DNA from: Candidatus Methylomirabilia bacterium
GTDB taxonomy: Bacteria > Methylomirabilota > Methylomirabilia > Rokubacteriales > CSP1-6
Length of the DNA: 64,000 nt
Reading direction: 5' to 3'
NCBI GenBank assembly: GCA_041493605.1
Contig: JBGPZD010000001.1
Span: 5,936 to 69,935, forward strand
Shown here: positions 13,040 to 25,350 of the stretch, one piece after another
Layout: every line of letters starts with the position of its first letter
Position numbering within the stretch: the stretch's first letter is position 1
Translations under genes and position numbers: made by a program
The notes under the pieces: model-generated
Database searches by the model: none
What the model saw: the letters and a program-made list of their open reading frames with translations, nothing else
What the model was told of the DNA's origin: nothing

Positions 13040-13880
13040 CCGACACGGACTGGGCCGCGGGCTCGGAGCCCTTCTGTCCTCCACCTCGGAGCCCGATCTC
13101 GCAGGCGCCACCACCGACCTGCCCATCGACTCGATTACTCCAAACCCGAATCAACCAAGAAAAGCCTTTGATGACAAGACCTTACGTGAGCTTTCGGCTT
13201 CTCTTCGCCAGTCCGGAGTTCTTCAGCCCGTAGTTGTCCGGCGCCTCGGGCAAGGCTACCAGCTCGTCGTTGGGGAGCGGCGCTGGCGGGCCGCCAAGAT
13301 GGCGGGGCTCACTCGGATTCCCGCAGTCATTCGCGAAGCCACCGATGCCGAATGTCTCGAGCTGGCCTTGGTCGAGAACCTGCTCCGGGAAGACCTGAAC
13401 CCGATGGAGGAAGCCGAGGCCTACCAGCGGCTCCTGGCTGAGTTCGGCTGGACGCAAGAGGTGCTCGCGCACCGTGTCGGCCGGGACCGCAGCAGCATCG
13501 CCAACTGTTTGCGCCTGCTGAAGCTGCCTGAGCTGATCCAGACCGACCTGCGTGCGGGACGCTTGACGATGGGCCATGCGCGCGCGCTCCTCTCCCTCAC
13601 CTCCCCCGCGGATCAGCTCAAGCTGCGCGAGGAGATCCTGGCTCACTCGTGGTCGGTGCGAACCACGGAGGAGGGCGTTCAGGCCAAGCGCGCCAGGCCC
13701 GCGCGCCGCCAGCTCCGCCGCTCCCCCGAGCTCGCGGCGCTCGAGGACGCCCTCCGCTCGGCTCTGGCGACGCGGGTGCGCCTGATTGGCAACGAGCGCG
13801 CCGGCCGCATCGAGATTGCCTACACGTCTCGGGAGGAGCTGGACCGCCTGGCCGAGCTGATCACGTCCGCGAAGGCGTAG
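13032..13880 (+). CDS. parB: Chromosome partitioning protein ParB/Spo0J
   Basis: ParB box motifs (ITPNPNQPRKAFD, QLVVGERRWRAAKMAG). The HTH region is followed by a dimerisation tail. Overlaps the parA stop. Confidence 0.88.
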   Translation: MANRHGLGRGLGALLSSTSEPDLAGATTDLPIDSITPNPNQPRKAFDDKTLRELSASLRQSGVLQPVVVRRLGQGYQLVVGERRWRAAKMAGLTRIPAVIREATDAECLELALVENLLREDLNPMEEAEAYQRLLAEFGWTQEVLAHRVGRDRSSIANCLRLLKLPELIQTDLRAGRLTMGHARALLSLTSPADQLKLREEILAHSWSVRTTEEGVQAKRARPARRQLRRSPELAALEDALRSALATRVRLIGNERAGRIEIAYTSREELDRLAELITSAKA

Positions 13881-13902
13881 GCTCGGAGACCGGCTGGCGC
13901 GC

Positions 13903-15003
13903 ATGAGTGAGCGGATCGTCGTCGGAATGAGCGGTGGGGTGGACTCTTCGGTCGCGGCAGCGCTGCTCCTCGAGCAGGGCTGCGAGGTGATCGGGATCAC
14001 GCTGCGGGTCTGGCCGTGGCGGGAGCCGGAGGAAGCGACCCGCAAGTTCGGCAGCTGCTGCTCGCCGGAGACCGTGGACGACGCCCGCCAAGTGGCGCGC
14101 CGGCTCGGCATCCCGTACTACCTCCTCAACAGTGAGCGGGAGTTCGACGAGACCGTGATCGCGAACTTCGCCAGCGAGTACGCGGCGGGACGCACGCCGG
14201 TGCCGTGCGTGGTGTGCAACCGCGACGTCAAGTTCGGCTCGCTGCTTCAACGCGCGCGAGCCTGGGACGCGACCGCGGTGGCGACGGGCCACTACGCGCG
14301 GATCACATTTGATGGCGCCTCGGGACGGTATCTGCTCTGGCGTGGCCGAGATCCCCGAAAGGACCAGTCGGACTTTCTGTGGCCGTTGAGCCAGGCCCAG
14401 TTCGCCGCGGCACGGTTTCCCGTGGGCGAACTGACCAAGGAGCAGGTGCGCGCCAAGGCCCGGGCCTTGGGCCTCGTCACCGCCGACAAGCCCGAGAGCC
14501 AGGAGATCTGTTTCATTCCGGACGACGACTATCGAGGGTTTCTCCGGCGGCGCATTCCCGACGCCTTCCGATCGGGGCCGATCGTGGATCGGCAGGGGGC
14601 GGTGCTTGGAGAGCATCGAGGATTGGCGAACTACACCATTGGCCAGCGACGGGGGCTTGGGATCACCGGTGCCCGCCCACGCTACGTCACGGCCCTCGAT
14701 CCGGATCGGAATGCCGTCGTGGTGGGCGCGGCTGAGGAGGTCGAGGTCGGGGAGATCTGGGCCGAGCAGGTTAACTTCATATCGCAGCCGAGCCTTGACG
14801 GACCCTTGGAGGTCGCGGCCAAGATCCGGCATAGCCACACGCCGGCGCCCGCCACCATTGAGCCGGCAGGGCAGGGGCAGGTCCGGGTTCGGTTCGCCGA
14901 AGCCCAGCGAGGCCCGGCTCCGGGCCAGTCCGTCGTCTTCTATCAGGGCGACCTCGTTGTGGGCGGGGGCGTAATTGCCCGCCGCGGGCCCGAAGCCCCT
15001 TGA
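13903..15003 (+). CDS. mnmA: tRNA-specific 2-thiouridylase MnmA
   Basis: PP-loop SGGVDSSVAAALL. Catalytic Cys motifs (CCSPE, PCVVCNRDVKF). Confidence 0.88.
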   Translation: MSERIVVGMSGGVDSSVAAALLLEQGCEVIGITLRVWPWREPEEATRKFGSCCSPETVDDARQVARRLGIPYYLLNSEREFDETVIANFASEYAAGRTPVPCVVCNRDVKFGSLLQRARAWDATAVATGHYARITFDGASGRYLLWRGRDPRKDQSDFLWPLSQAQFAAARFPVGELTKEQVRAKARALGLVTADKPESQEICFIPDDDYRGFLRRRIPDAFRSGPIVDRQGAVLGEHRGLANYTIGQRRGLGITGARPRYVTALDPDRNAVVVGAAEEVEVGEIWAEQVNFISQPSLDGPLEVAAKIRHSHTPAPATIEPAGQGQVRVRFAEAQRGPAPGQSVVFYQGDLVVGGGVIARRGPEAP

Positions 15004-15082
15004 CAGTTTTCGCGGCTGCGTGATACTTCTGTAACGTTTGTTCTTAATTTCACAAAATCTCGTTTAGGCCGGAGAATTCACC

Positions 15083-15649
15083 ATGAGTCGAGTCCTCGCC
15101 ACCGCTGCGCTCTTACTCGCTCTGCTGCCGTCGCTGGCGCTCGCTTCGGAAAGCGGGGGCGGGCTCATCAATCTGGACAAGTCGCTGATCATCCAGATGG
15201 TGAACTTCGGCCTGCTGCTTCTGCTGCTTGGCAAGCTGCTGTATCGCCCGCTGGTCGGCAAGATGGAGGAGCGCGCCTTGGCCATCCGGAAGTCGCTCGA
15301 CGAGGCCCAAGCCGCTCGGGCCGAGGCCCAGCGCGAGCGCGAGGAGCACGCGGCCAAGATCCAGGCCGCGCACGCCGAGGCCCAGGCCATCCGCGCCGCG
15401 GCCCTCAAGGAGGCTGCGGAGGAGCAGCGCCGGCTCGTCGACGCGGCCCGCGCCGAGGCGGGCCGGCTGGTCGAATCGGCCCGCGCCGAGATGACCCAGG
15501 ACGTCCGCCGCGCCAAGCAGGAGCTGCGCCAGGAAGTGAGCGACCTGGTGATCGCGGTGGCGGAGCGCGTGATCAAGAAGAGCCTCCGCGACGAGGACCA
15601 CCGGCGCATCGTCGCCGACGCCATCGCTCGCGTCGAGAAGGTCGGCTAG
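15083..15649 (+). CDS. atpF: F0F1 ATP synthase subunit b
   Basis: N-terminal TM segment followed by a long Ala/Glu/Arg-rich coiled-coil. First gene of the atpFHAGDC block. Confidence 0.8.
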   Translation: MSRVLATAALLLALLPSLALASESGGGLINLDKSLIIQMVNFGLLLLLLGKLLYRPLVGKMEERALAIRKSLDEAQAARAEAQREREEHAAKIQAAHAEAQAIRAAALKEAAEEQRRLVDAARAEAGRLVESARAEMTQDVRRAKQELRQEVSDLVIAVAERVIKKSLRDEDHRRIVADAIARVEKVG

Positions 15650-15652
15650 CGC

Positions 15653-16198
15653 ATGCGGGCGAGGGAAGGGACGGCGCGGCGCTACGCCAAGGCGCTGCAC
15701 ATGATCGCCCTCGAGTCCGGCGCCGCGCCGGCGGTCGGCCAGGAGCTCGCGAGCTTCCTCGGCGTCCTCACCGCCGAGCCCGAAGGCCGCGACGCCCTCA
15801 CGCGGCCCTGGATCAAGGCCGGGGACCGGCGCGGCATCGCCGTCGCCGTCGCCCGGAAGGCCGGCTGCGGCAAGCTCGTCCAGGACTTCCTGGGGCTGGT
15901 CGCCGAGCGCGGCCGGATGGACCATCTGCCAGAGATCGTCCCGGCATTCCAGGCCTTGGTCGACGAAGATCTCGGCCAAGCCCGCGCCCAGGTGCGCTCG
16001 GCGGTGGCGCTCACCGACGAGGAGAAGCGGCAGCTCGGCGCTCGGCTGGAGCGGGCGCTCGGCAAGCGCATCCTCCTCGAAGAGCACGTGGACTCGACGC
16101 TGCTGGGCGGCTTTGTCGCCCAGGTCGGCAGCCTCATTCTCGACGGCAGTCTCGACGGGCAGCTCGCGCGCATGCGCGAGCGGCTCGCAAGGGGATAG
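15653..16198 (+). CDS. atpH: F0F1 ATP synthase subunit delta
   Basis: 181-aa OSCP-like protein between atpF and atpA. Confidence 0.8.
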   Translation: MRAREGTARRYAKALHMIALESGAAPAVGQELASFLGVLTAEPEGRDALTRPWIKAGDRRGIAVAVARKAGCGKLVQDFLGLVAERGRMDHLPEIVPAFQALVDEDLGQARAQVRSAVALTDEEKRQLGARLERALGKRILLEEHVDSTLLGGFVAQVGSLILDGSLDGQLARMRERLARG

Positions 16199-16201
16199 CA
16201 C

Positions 16202-20065
<3,864 letters not shown>

Positions 20066-20070
20066 CCCGC

Positions 20071-20484
20071 ATGCGCTTCGAGCTGGCCACGCCGACTCGC
20101 CAGATGGTGTCAACCGACGCCGATGAGGTGGTCGCGCCCGGCTCCGAGGGCTACTTCGGGGTGCTGCCCGGCCATGCGGCGTTTCTCACGACCCTAGGGA
20201 GCGGCGAGGTCAGCTACCGGCACGGCCGGGAGGAGCATCGCCTGTCGGTGATCGGCGGCTTCGCCGAGGTGAGCGGCGACCGCGTCATCATCTTGGCGGA
20301 GCACGCGGAGCGGCCCGAGGAGATCGACCGGGAGCGGGCCGAGCGAGCGCGCCAGCGGGCCGAGCAGCGCCTGGCGGGCAAGAACCCCAGCGGCAGCCAG
20401 GAGGAGATCGACTACACCCGCGCGCTCGCCGCGCTTCAACGCGCGCTGGCGCGGCTCCAGGTAGCGGGCCGGGGCAGCCACTAG
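20071..20484 (+). CDS. atpC: F0F1 ATP synthase subunit epsilon
   Basis: 137-aa protein directly after atpD with the typical epsilon N-terminal beta-sandwich (MRFELATPTRQMVSTDADEVVAPGSEGYFGVLPGHA). Confidence 0.88.
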   Translation: MRFELATPTRQMVSTDADEVVAPGSEGYFGVLPGHAAFLTTLGSGEVSYRHGREEHRLSVIGGFAEVSGDRVIILAEHAERPEEIDRERAERARQRAEQRLAGKNPSGSQEEIDYTRALAALQRALARLQVAGRGSH

Positions 20485-20521
20485 GCACGGACGCGAGTCC
20501 CCGGACGGTGCCGCCGTCTGG

Positions 20522-20556
20522 GTGCAGGATCACCGCCCCGCTGCACAGTCTTCGTG
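20522..20556 (+). terminator. Weak hairpin (GTGCAG...CTGCAC) after atpC with a short T-containing tail.
   Basis: 6-bp stem with a 13-nt loop followed by AGTCTTCG. Poor T-run. Confidence 0.25.
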
Positions 20557-20639
20557 GCACCCATCCGATAGTGCTTCAGCCAACCGCCTGATTCGCCGTC
20601 CCTCCCGTCTTGGCATCGCTCTCGCACTGTCGGTAGGTC

Positions 20640-21026
20640 ATGACGACCATCCTGGTGGCGGATGACGAACCCGCCATTGTCGAGCTCGTCCGGTTCACGC
20701 TCGAAGACGACGATGTCCGGGTGATCGAGGCCGCCGATGGTTTGACGGCGTTCGAGATGGCCCGGACGGCGCGCCCCGAGCTGGCGCTGCTCGACGTCCA
20801 GATGCCGCGATTGAGCGGGCTCGAGGTCTGCCGCCGCCTGCGGCAGGCCCCCGAGTGCGCCCAGATGCGCATCGTCATGCTCACCGCCGCGGGCCAGGCG
20901 GAGGACCGGGCTCGCGGGCTGGCGGCAGGCGCGGACGAGTACCTGACCAAGCCTTTCTCACCGCTCGCCCTCCTGACCCTGGTCCGCTCCCTCGTGCCGG
21001 AGGCGCTGGTGTGGCCGGAGAGGTAG
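20640..21026 (+). CDS. Single-domain response regulator (CheY-like REC)
   Basis: MTTILVADDEPAIVELVRF ... LDVQMPRLSGLEV ... YLTKPFSPLALL. Phospho-acceptor Asp and conserved Lys are present. 128 aa. Confidence 0.85.
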   Translation: MTTILVADDEPAIVELVRFTLEDDDVRVIEAADGLTAFEMARTARPELALLDVQMPRLSGLEVCRRLRQAPECAQMRIVMLTAAGQAEDRARGLAAGADEYLTKPFSPLALLTLVRSLVPEALVWPER

Positions 21027-21766
21027 CGCTCTCGCAGGCGCTGTCGTACGCGCGCGACCTCAAGGTGCTGTACGAAGCGTCGCTGGCGCGCGAGCGCGAG
21101 CTGACCCAGACCCGCGACCGCCTGCGGGCGGCCTACCAGCAGTCGCTCCAGTGCGCGACCGACGTCAAGAAGACCTACCAGCGGCTCGAACGGGCGGTGT
21201 TCCAGAGCCTGTTGGGCCTCGCCAATGCGCTCGAGGCCAAGGATACCTACACGCGCGGGCATTCCGAGCGCGTGGCGGGCTTGGCTCGGCGCATGGCGCT
21301 GGGAATCGGGCTCGGACGCGCGACGGCGGAGACCATCGCCCAGGCGGGGCTGCTCCACGACCTGGGCAAGATCGGCGTGCCGGAGCGCATCCTGAAAAAG
21401 CCGGGGCCGCTCACGCCCGAGGAGTGGGAGATCATGCGCCGGCATCCGGTGACCGGCGCCCAGATCGTCGCGCCGCTGGAGTTCTTCGACGAGGGCGCCA
21501 TCATCCTCCGCCACCATCACGAGCGCCTGGACGGGAGCGGGTATCCCGACGGGCTCCGCGGGGAGATGATCCCGCTCGGGGCGCGCATCGTCGCCGTCGC
21601 CGACGTGTACGACGCGCTGACCTCGGACCGCCCATATCGGCCGGGCCTCTCGCATGGCGAGGCGCTGGAGCGCCTGCTGGCGGAAGCGGGAAAGACGCTC
21701 GACGAGCGCCTGACGACGCTCTGTGTCGAAATTCTCGCCGATGCTGTTGCTGAGCGCGCCGTTTGA
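21011..21766 (+). CDS. HD-GYP domain phosphodiesterase (c-di-GMP)
   Basis: HD motif (THDLGKIGVPERIL) and HHERLDGSGYPDGL. The only plausible in-frame starts are GTG at 21011 (overlapping the REC gene by 16 nt) or GTG at ~21066. The track ORF start at 20855 is out-of-frame overlap with the REC gene. Confidence 0.75.
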   Translation: MAGEVALSQALSYARDLKVLYEASLARERELTQTRDRLRAAYQQSLQCATDVKKTYQRLERAVFQSLLGLANALEAKDTYTRGHSERVAGLARRMALGIGLGRATAETIAQAGLLHDLGKIGVPERILKKPGPLTPEEWEIMRRHPVTGAQIVAPLEFFDEGAIILRHHHERLDGSGYPDGLRGEMIPLGARIVAVADVYDALTSDRPYRPGLSHGEALERLLAEAGKTLDERLTTLCVEILADAVAERAV

Positions 21767-22568
21767 CGCCGCGCGCCGAGGCCACGGGGCCCCCATCGCG
21801 GCGCCGTGCGCTCTGGCCGCCGGCGCCGCGCTCCTCGGCGCGGCCGCGGGCCTGTGGATCGAGCTCCAGGGCGGCGGGCCCCCGGGACTGGGGCGGTCGG
21901 CAGCGGCTGCGATCCTCCACGCCGGCTTCTTCGCCGTGGGCTGGATCCTCGCCACCGACGGTCGTCCCGGCTGGCCTCGGCCGGCGCTCAGCATGGCCGC
22001 GGCGTTCCTGGCGGCCTCGGTCGGCAATCGCCTCAGCTCCTGGGGCGTCGCTGCCTTTCTGCTCGTGCCGCTCGTGCTCGTCGGGGTGAGCCGCGGCCAC
22101 GCGGAGCTGCGCCGGATTGGCCTCGCGTGGCCCAAGGGGCTGCTGCCGCTGACCGCCGGACTCGGGGTCGGGATCTTTCTGGGCGCGCATCTGCTCGTCA
22201 CCTCGTCGCTGACCTTCGGCTACGGGGTGCGGGTCGCGAACGCGGGCGCGTATCTGTCGGCAGTCGGCTACGACGTGGGCATCAGTGCGCTCACGGCGGA
22301 GTGGCTCTTCCGCGGCGCGCTCTTCTCGCGCTGGTGGCGCCGCTGGCGGTTCTGGCCCGCCGCCGCCCTCGCCACGGCGGTGGGTGTGGCGCGTTACCTG
22401 CTCGATCCGGCGCTCGCGTCCGCCGTCGAGGTCCGCGCGGGTGCCGTCTTCTACATGGCGCTACTCGGTGTCGGCTGCTGCGCGCTGCGCGCATGGAGCG
22501 GCAGCCTGCTGCCGGGCTATTCAGCCACCGTGGTGTTCTTCGCCGCCTACCGGCTCCTGGCGCCGTGA
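21723..22568 (+). CDS. CPBP-family (CAAX protease-like, Abi) intramembrane protein
   Basis: Multi-TM Ala/Leu-rich protein with EWLFRGALFSRWW, which resembles CPBP motif 1 (EExxxR). 4-nt overlap (GTGA) with the downstream kinase start. Start uncertain. Confidence 0.5.
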   Translation: MSKFSPMLLLSAPFDAARRGHGAPIAAPCALAAGAALLGAAAGLWIELQGGGPPGLGRSAAAAILHAGFFAVGWILATDGRPGWPRPALSMAAAFLAASVGNRLSSWGVAAFLLVPLVLVGVSRGHAELRRIGLAWPKGLLPLTAGLGVGIFLGAHLLVTSSLTFGYGVRVANAGAYLSAVGYDVGISALTAEWLFRGALFSRWWRRWRFWPAAALATAVGVARYLLDPALASAVEVRAGAVFYMALLGVGCCALRAWSGSLLPGYSATVVFFAAYRLLAP

Positions 22569-24076
22569 TCGCGGTGCAGCTTCTGCTCCTGGCCCTGATC
22601 ACGGCGGCGATGGCGGCCGACGGCGCCGGACCGCCCTCGGCCGTGCGCCACCTCTACCTCGTTCCCACGCTGTGGGCCGCGCTCGGCGCCGGCGCGGCCG
22701 GCGGCGGGCTGATCGGGCTTTTGGCGGGCCTGCTCCAGGCGCCGTTGGTGCTGCCCGCCATCGAGCGAATGGGACTCGGCTCCCGTACGCTCGACGGGCT
22801 CGTCTCGCTGGTCACGCCGGTCAGCGTTGGCTGGCTCGTCGGGCTGCTGGTCGACGCGTCGCGGGGACGCGCGGCGCGGCTGCGGGCCGTCCTCGAGATC
22901 CAGCGCAGCCTGGGCCGCGAGGTCCCGCTGGAGGAGCGGCTCGAGTCCGTGGCCGAGGGAGTGCGGGCGGCGCTCGGCGCCCAGCGCGTGGGGCTCGTGG
23001 TGACGGCCGAGGACGAGAGCCGGGCCCCCGTGGCCGTGCCATCCGGGCCGGGTTTCGACGAGCGCTCGGCCGCCGGCCTGGCGCAGCGCACGGGCCGGCC
23101 CGTGTGGGTGGAGGACCTGCGCTCCGATCCCCGGCTCGGCGCCCCGGCCGAAGGGGGCCCGACCCCGATCCGCGGGCTCGTGCTGCCGCTCGATGCGGGC
23201 CGCGGCGCCGTGGGGGCGCTCGCCATCGAGCGCGAGGGCGATCTCACGCCGGCGGTCCGGGTGGCCGCCGAGGAGATGGCGATGCACCTTGCCCTGGCGA
23301 TCGAGAACGCACGACTGACCCTGCGGCAGCGGCGCTTCGCCGAGGAGCTCGAACGGAAGGTCGAGGCCGCCACCGCGCGGCTCCGGGAGCTGGATCAGGC
23401 GAAGAGCGAGTTCCTGTCCGTGGTCTCCCACGAGCTGCGCACCCCGCTCACGGCGCTCCAGGGATTCAGCGAGCTGCTCCTCACCCGCGCGGTGCCGCCC
23501 GAGCGAGCCCGGCGCTTCCTCGGCCATCTCCACGGCGAAGCCCAGCGGCTCGGACGGATCGTGGCCGAGCTGCTCGACCTCTCGCGCATCCAGGCGGGCC
23601 GCCCGCTTGAGCTGCGGCGAGAGGCGGTGGACCTCAACGAGGTGATCGAGCGGAATGTCGAGCTCTTCGCCGCCGAGCACCGCGGCCACCAGTTCGGCTG
23701 GGCGGGATGTCCGAGGGGGCTCACGCTCGAAGCCGATCAGGACGCCGTGGACCGCATGCTCAAGAACCTGCTCTCAAACGCCGTCAAGTATTCGCCCGCC
23801 GGCGGTCGAGTGGCCGTCGCTGCCGGGCCCGCGCCCGATCAACCCGGCATGGTCGAGCTCTCGGTCGAGGACGACGGCGTCGGCATCGCGACCGAGGACC
23901 TGCCACGGATTTTCGACCGTTATATGCGCATCGCCAATCCCGAGACCGCCGCGGCCCGCGGATTGGGACTTGGCTTGAGCCTGGTCAAGGCGCTGGCCGA
24001 GGCCCATGGCGGCCGGGTCGAGGTCGACAGCCTCCCGGGGAAAGGCTCCAGATTTCGCGTCCTTTTGCCGGGCTGA
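22565..24076 (+). CDS. Sensor histidine kinase with N-terminal TM segments and a GAF-like domain
   Basis: GTG start VIAVQLLLLALI. HisKA H-box SHELRTPLTAL. HATPase_c N, G1 and G2 boxes (LLSNAVKYS, DDGVGIA, GLGLGLSLV). The track ORF 21806..24076 is extended upstream in-frame across the CPBP gene. Confidence 0.85.
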   Translation: MIAVQLLLLALITAAMAADGAGPPSAVRHLYLVPTLWAALGAGAAGGGLIGLLAGLLQAPLVLPAIERMGLGSRTLDGLVSLVTPVSVGWLVGLLVDASRGRAARLRAVLEIQRSLGREVPLEERLESVAEGVRAALGAQRVGLVVTAEDESRAPVAVPSGPGFDERSAAGLAQRTGRPVWVEDLRSDPRLGAPAEGGPTPIRGLVLPLDAGRGAVGALAIEREGDLTPAVRVAAEEMAMHLALAIENARLTLRQRRFAEELERKVEAATARLRELDQAKSEFLSVVSHELRTPLTALQGFSELLLTRAVPPERARRFLGHLHGEAQRLGRIVAELLDLSRIQAGRPLELRREAVDLNEVIERNVELFAAEHRGHQFGWAGCPRGLTLEADQDAVDRMLKNLLSNAVKYSPAGGRVAVAAGPAPDQPGMVELSVEDDGVGIATEDLPRIFDRYMRIANPETAAARGLGLGLSLVKALAEAHGGRVEVDSLPGKGSRFRVLLPG

Positions 24077-24113
24077 TAGCGTCAGTTTCATCCGATTTTC
24101 CGACCACTTCCGC

Positions 24114-24143
24114 TTGACACCCCCGCCGTTGGCCGTGTAGTCT
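24114..24143 (+). promoter_or_regulatory. Candidate sigma70 promoter TTGACA-N18-TAGTCT for the DUF507-like/ubiX operon.
   Basis: Consensus -35 hexamer and a reasonable -10, ~17 nt upstream of the first DUF507-like start. Confidence 0.35.
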
Positions 24144-24159
24144 GTTCGCTCGGGGTTCC

Positions 24160-24438
24160 ATGCTCAAGCGCGAGGAGTTGGCGGGCCGGATGGCGGAGGC
24201 CGTGGTCAAGCGGCTGGTTGGGCGCAAACTCGCCGAGGTGACGGACGAGAAGCGGGCCCGCGAGGTCGTCCAGCGCATCGTCGTCGAGAACCTCCTGGCC
24301 GAAGAGAAGCTCGACGCCGACTCGCGGACCCTCATGCAGGACCACGCCAAGGAGATCAAGGACTCGGCCTCCGACTACAAGCGCCTGTTCGCGCTCGTGA
24401 AGGCCAAGCTGGCCAAGGAGCGGGGGTTCACGCTGTGA
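24160..24438 (+). CDS. Small coiled-coil protein, DUF507-like (paralogue 1)
   Basis: 92-aa charged helical ORF (MLKREELAGRMAEAVVKRLVGRKLAEVTDEKRAREVVQRIVVENLLAEEKLD...). A similar paralogue follows immediately. Confidence 0.55.
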   Translation: MLKREELAGRMAEAVVKRLVGRKLAEVTDEKRAREVVQRIVVENLLAEEKLDADSRTLMQDHAKEIKDSASDYKRLFALVKAKLAKERGFTL

Positions 24439-24731
24439 TGCGCATGAGCCGCGAGCGCCTGTTCGCCCTGGCGGACCGCATCGTCGCCGACCTCACGGCC
24501 ACCGAGAGCGTCGCCTTCCGCGGCGCCGCGGACGACAAGGTCCACGGCCAGCTCCGGACCGAGATCTTCCGGGTCCTCGAGGACGAGTCCAAGCTCGAGG
24601 AAACCATCGACCAGGAGGTCCGGCGCACCCTCAGCACGTATTCGCGGCCGGCGCCCGAAGGGAGCGCCGAGTGGGAGCTCCTCTACCAGAAGACGCGCGA
24701 CGAAGTCTACCGCCGCAGGTTTCGGCTGTGA
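24435..24731 (+). CDS. Small coiled-coil protein, DUF507-like (paralogue 2)
   Basis: 98 aa, with the same charged helical pattern (RIVADLTATESVAF...VHGQLRTEIFRVLEDESKLEETIDQEVRRTL). ATGA overlap with the preceding ORF. Confidence 0.55.
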   Translation: MMRMSRERLFALADRIVADLTATESVAFRGAADDKVHGQLRTEIFRVLEDESKLEETIDQEVRRTLSTYSRPAPEGSAEWELLYQKTRDEVYRRRFRL

Positions 24732-25321
24732 CGCGCATCGTCGTCGGCATCAGCGGGGCCTCGGGCGCCATCTACGGGATCCGCTTCCTCGAGCTGCTGC
24801 GCGGTCTACCCGGCGTGGAGTCCCACCTGATCGTCTCCGATGCCGCGAAGCGTACCATCGTGGAGGAGACCGATTGGTCGGTGGCCAACGTCGAGGCGCT
24901 CGCGGACCGGGGCTACAGCAACAAGGACATCGGCGCGGCGCTGGCATCGGGCTCCTTCAAGACGGCCGGCATGGTGGTCGTGCCGTGCAGCATCAAGACG
25001 GCCGCGGGCATCGCGCACTGCGTGGCCGACACGCTGATGGGCCGGGCGGCGGACGTGACGCTCAAGGAAGGGCGGCCGCTGATCCTGGTGGTGCGGGAGA
25101 CGCCGCTGCACCTCGGCCACCTGCGCGTGCTCACCGCGCTGGCCGAGATGGGCGTCGTGCTGCTGCCCCCCATGCCGGCGTTCTACAACCGGCCCAAGCA
25201 GATCGACGACCTCGTGGATCACACCCTGGCGCGCGTCCTCGACCGGCTCGGCCTTCCTCACACCCTCGTCCCGGAATGGCAGGGCACGCCGCCGCGTGTC
25301 CCCCCACCTCAGGCCGGCTGA
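24728..25321 (+). CDS. ubiX: UbiX-family flavin prenyltransferase
   Basis: VTRIVVGISGASGAIYGIRFLELL ... VVVPCSIKTAAGIAHCVADTLMGRAADV. Flavoprotein fold typical of UbiX/Pad1. GTG start overlaps the upstream stop. Confidence 0.85.
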   Translation: MTRIVVGISGASGAIYGIRFLELLRGLPGVESHLIVSDAAKRTIVEETDWSVANVEALADRGYSNKDIGAALASGSFKTAGMVVVPCSIKTAAGIAHCVADTLMGRAADVTLKEGRPLILVVRETPLHLGHLRVLTALAEMGVVLLPPMPAFYNRPKQIDDLVDHTLARVLDRLGLPHTLVPEWQGTPPRVPPPQAG

Positions 25322-25350
25322 TCGGGGACACGCTCCCACTCGAGGACCCT

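Noticed and set aside
21806-24076. 756-aa track ORF implying a much longer histidine kinase
   Set aside because: The N-terminal 250 aa are Arg/Gly-rich nonsense overlapping the CPBP gene in another frame. The kinase starts at GTG 22565.
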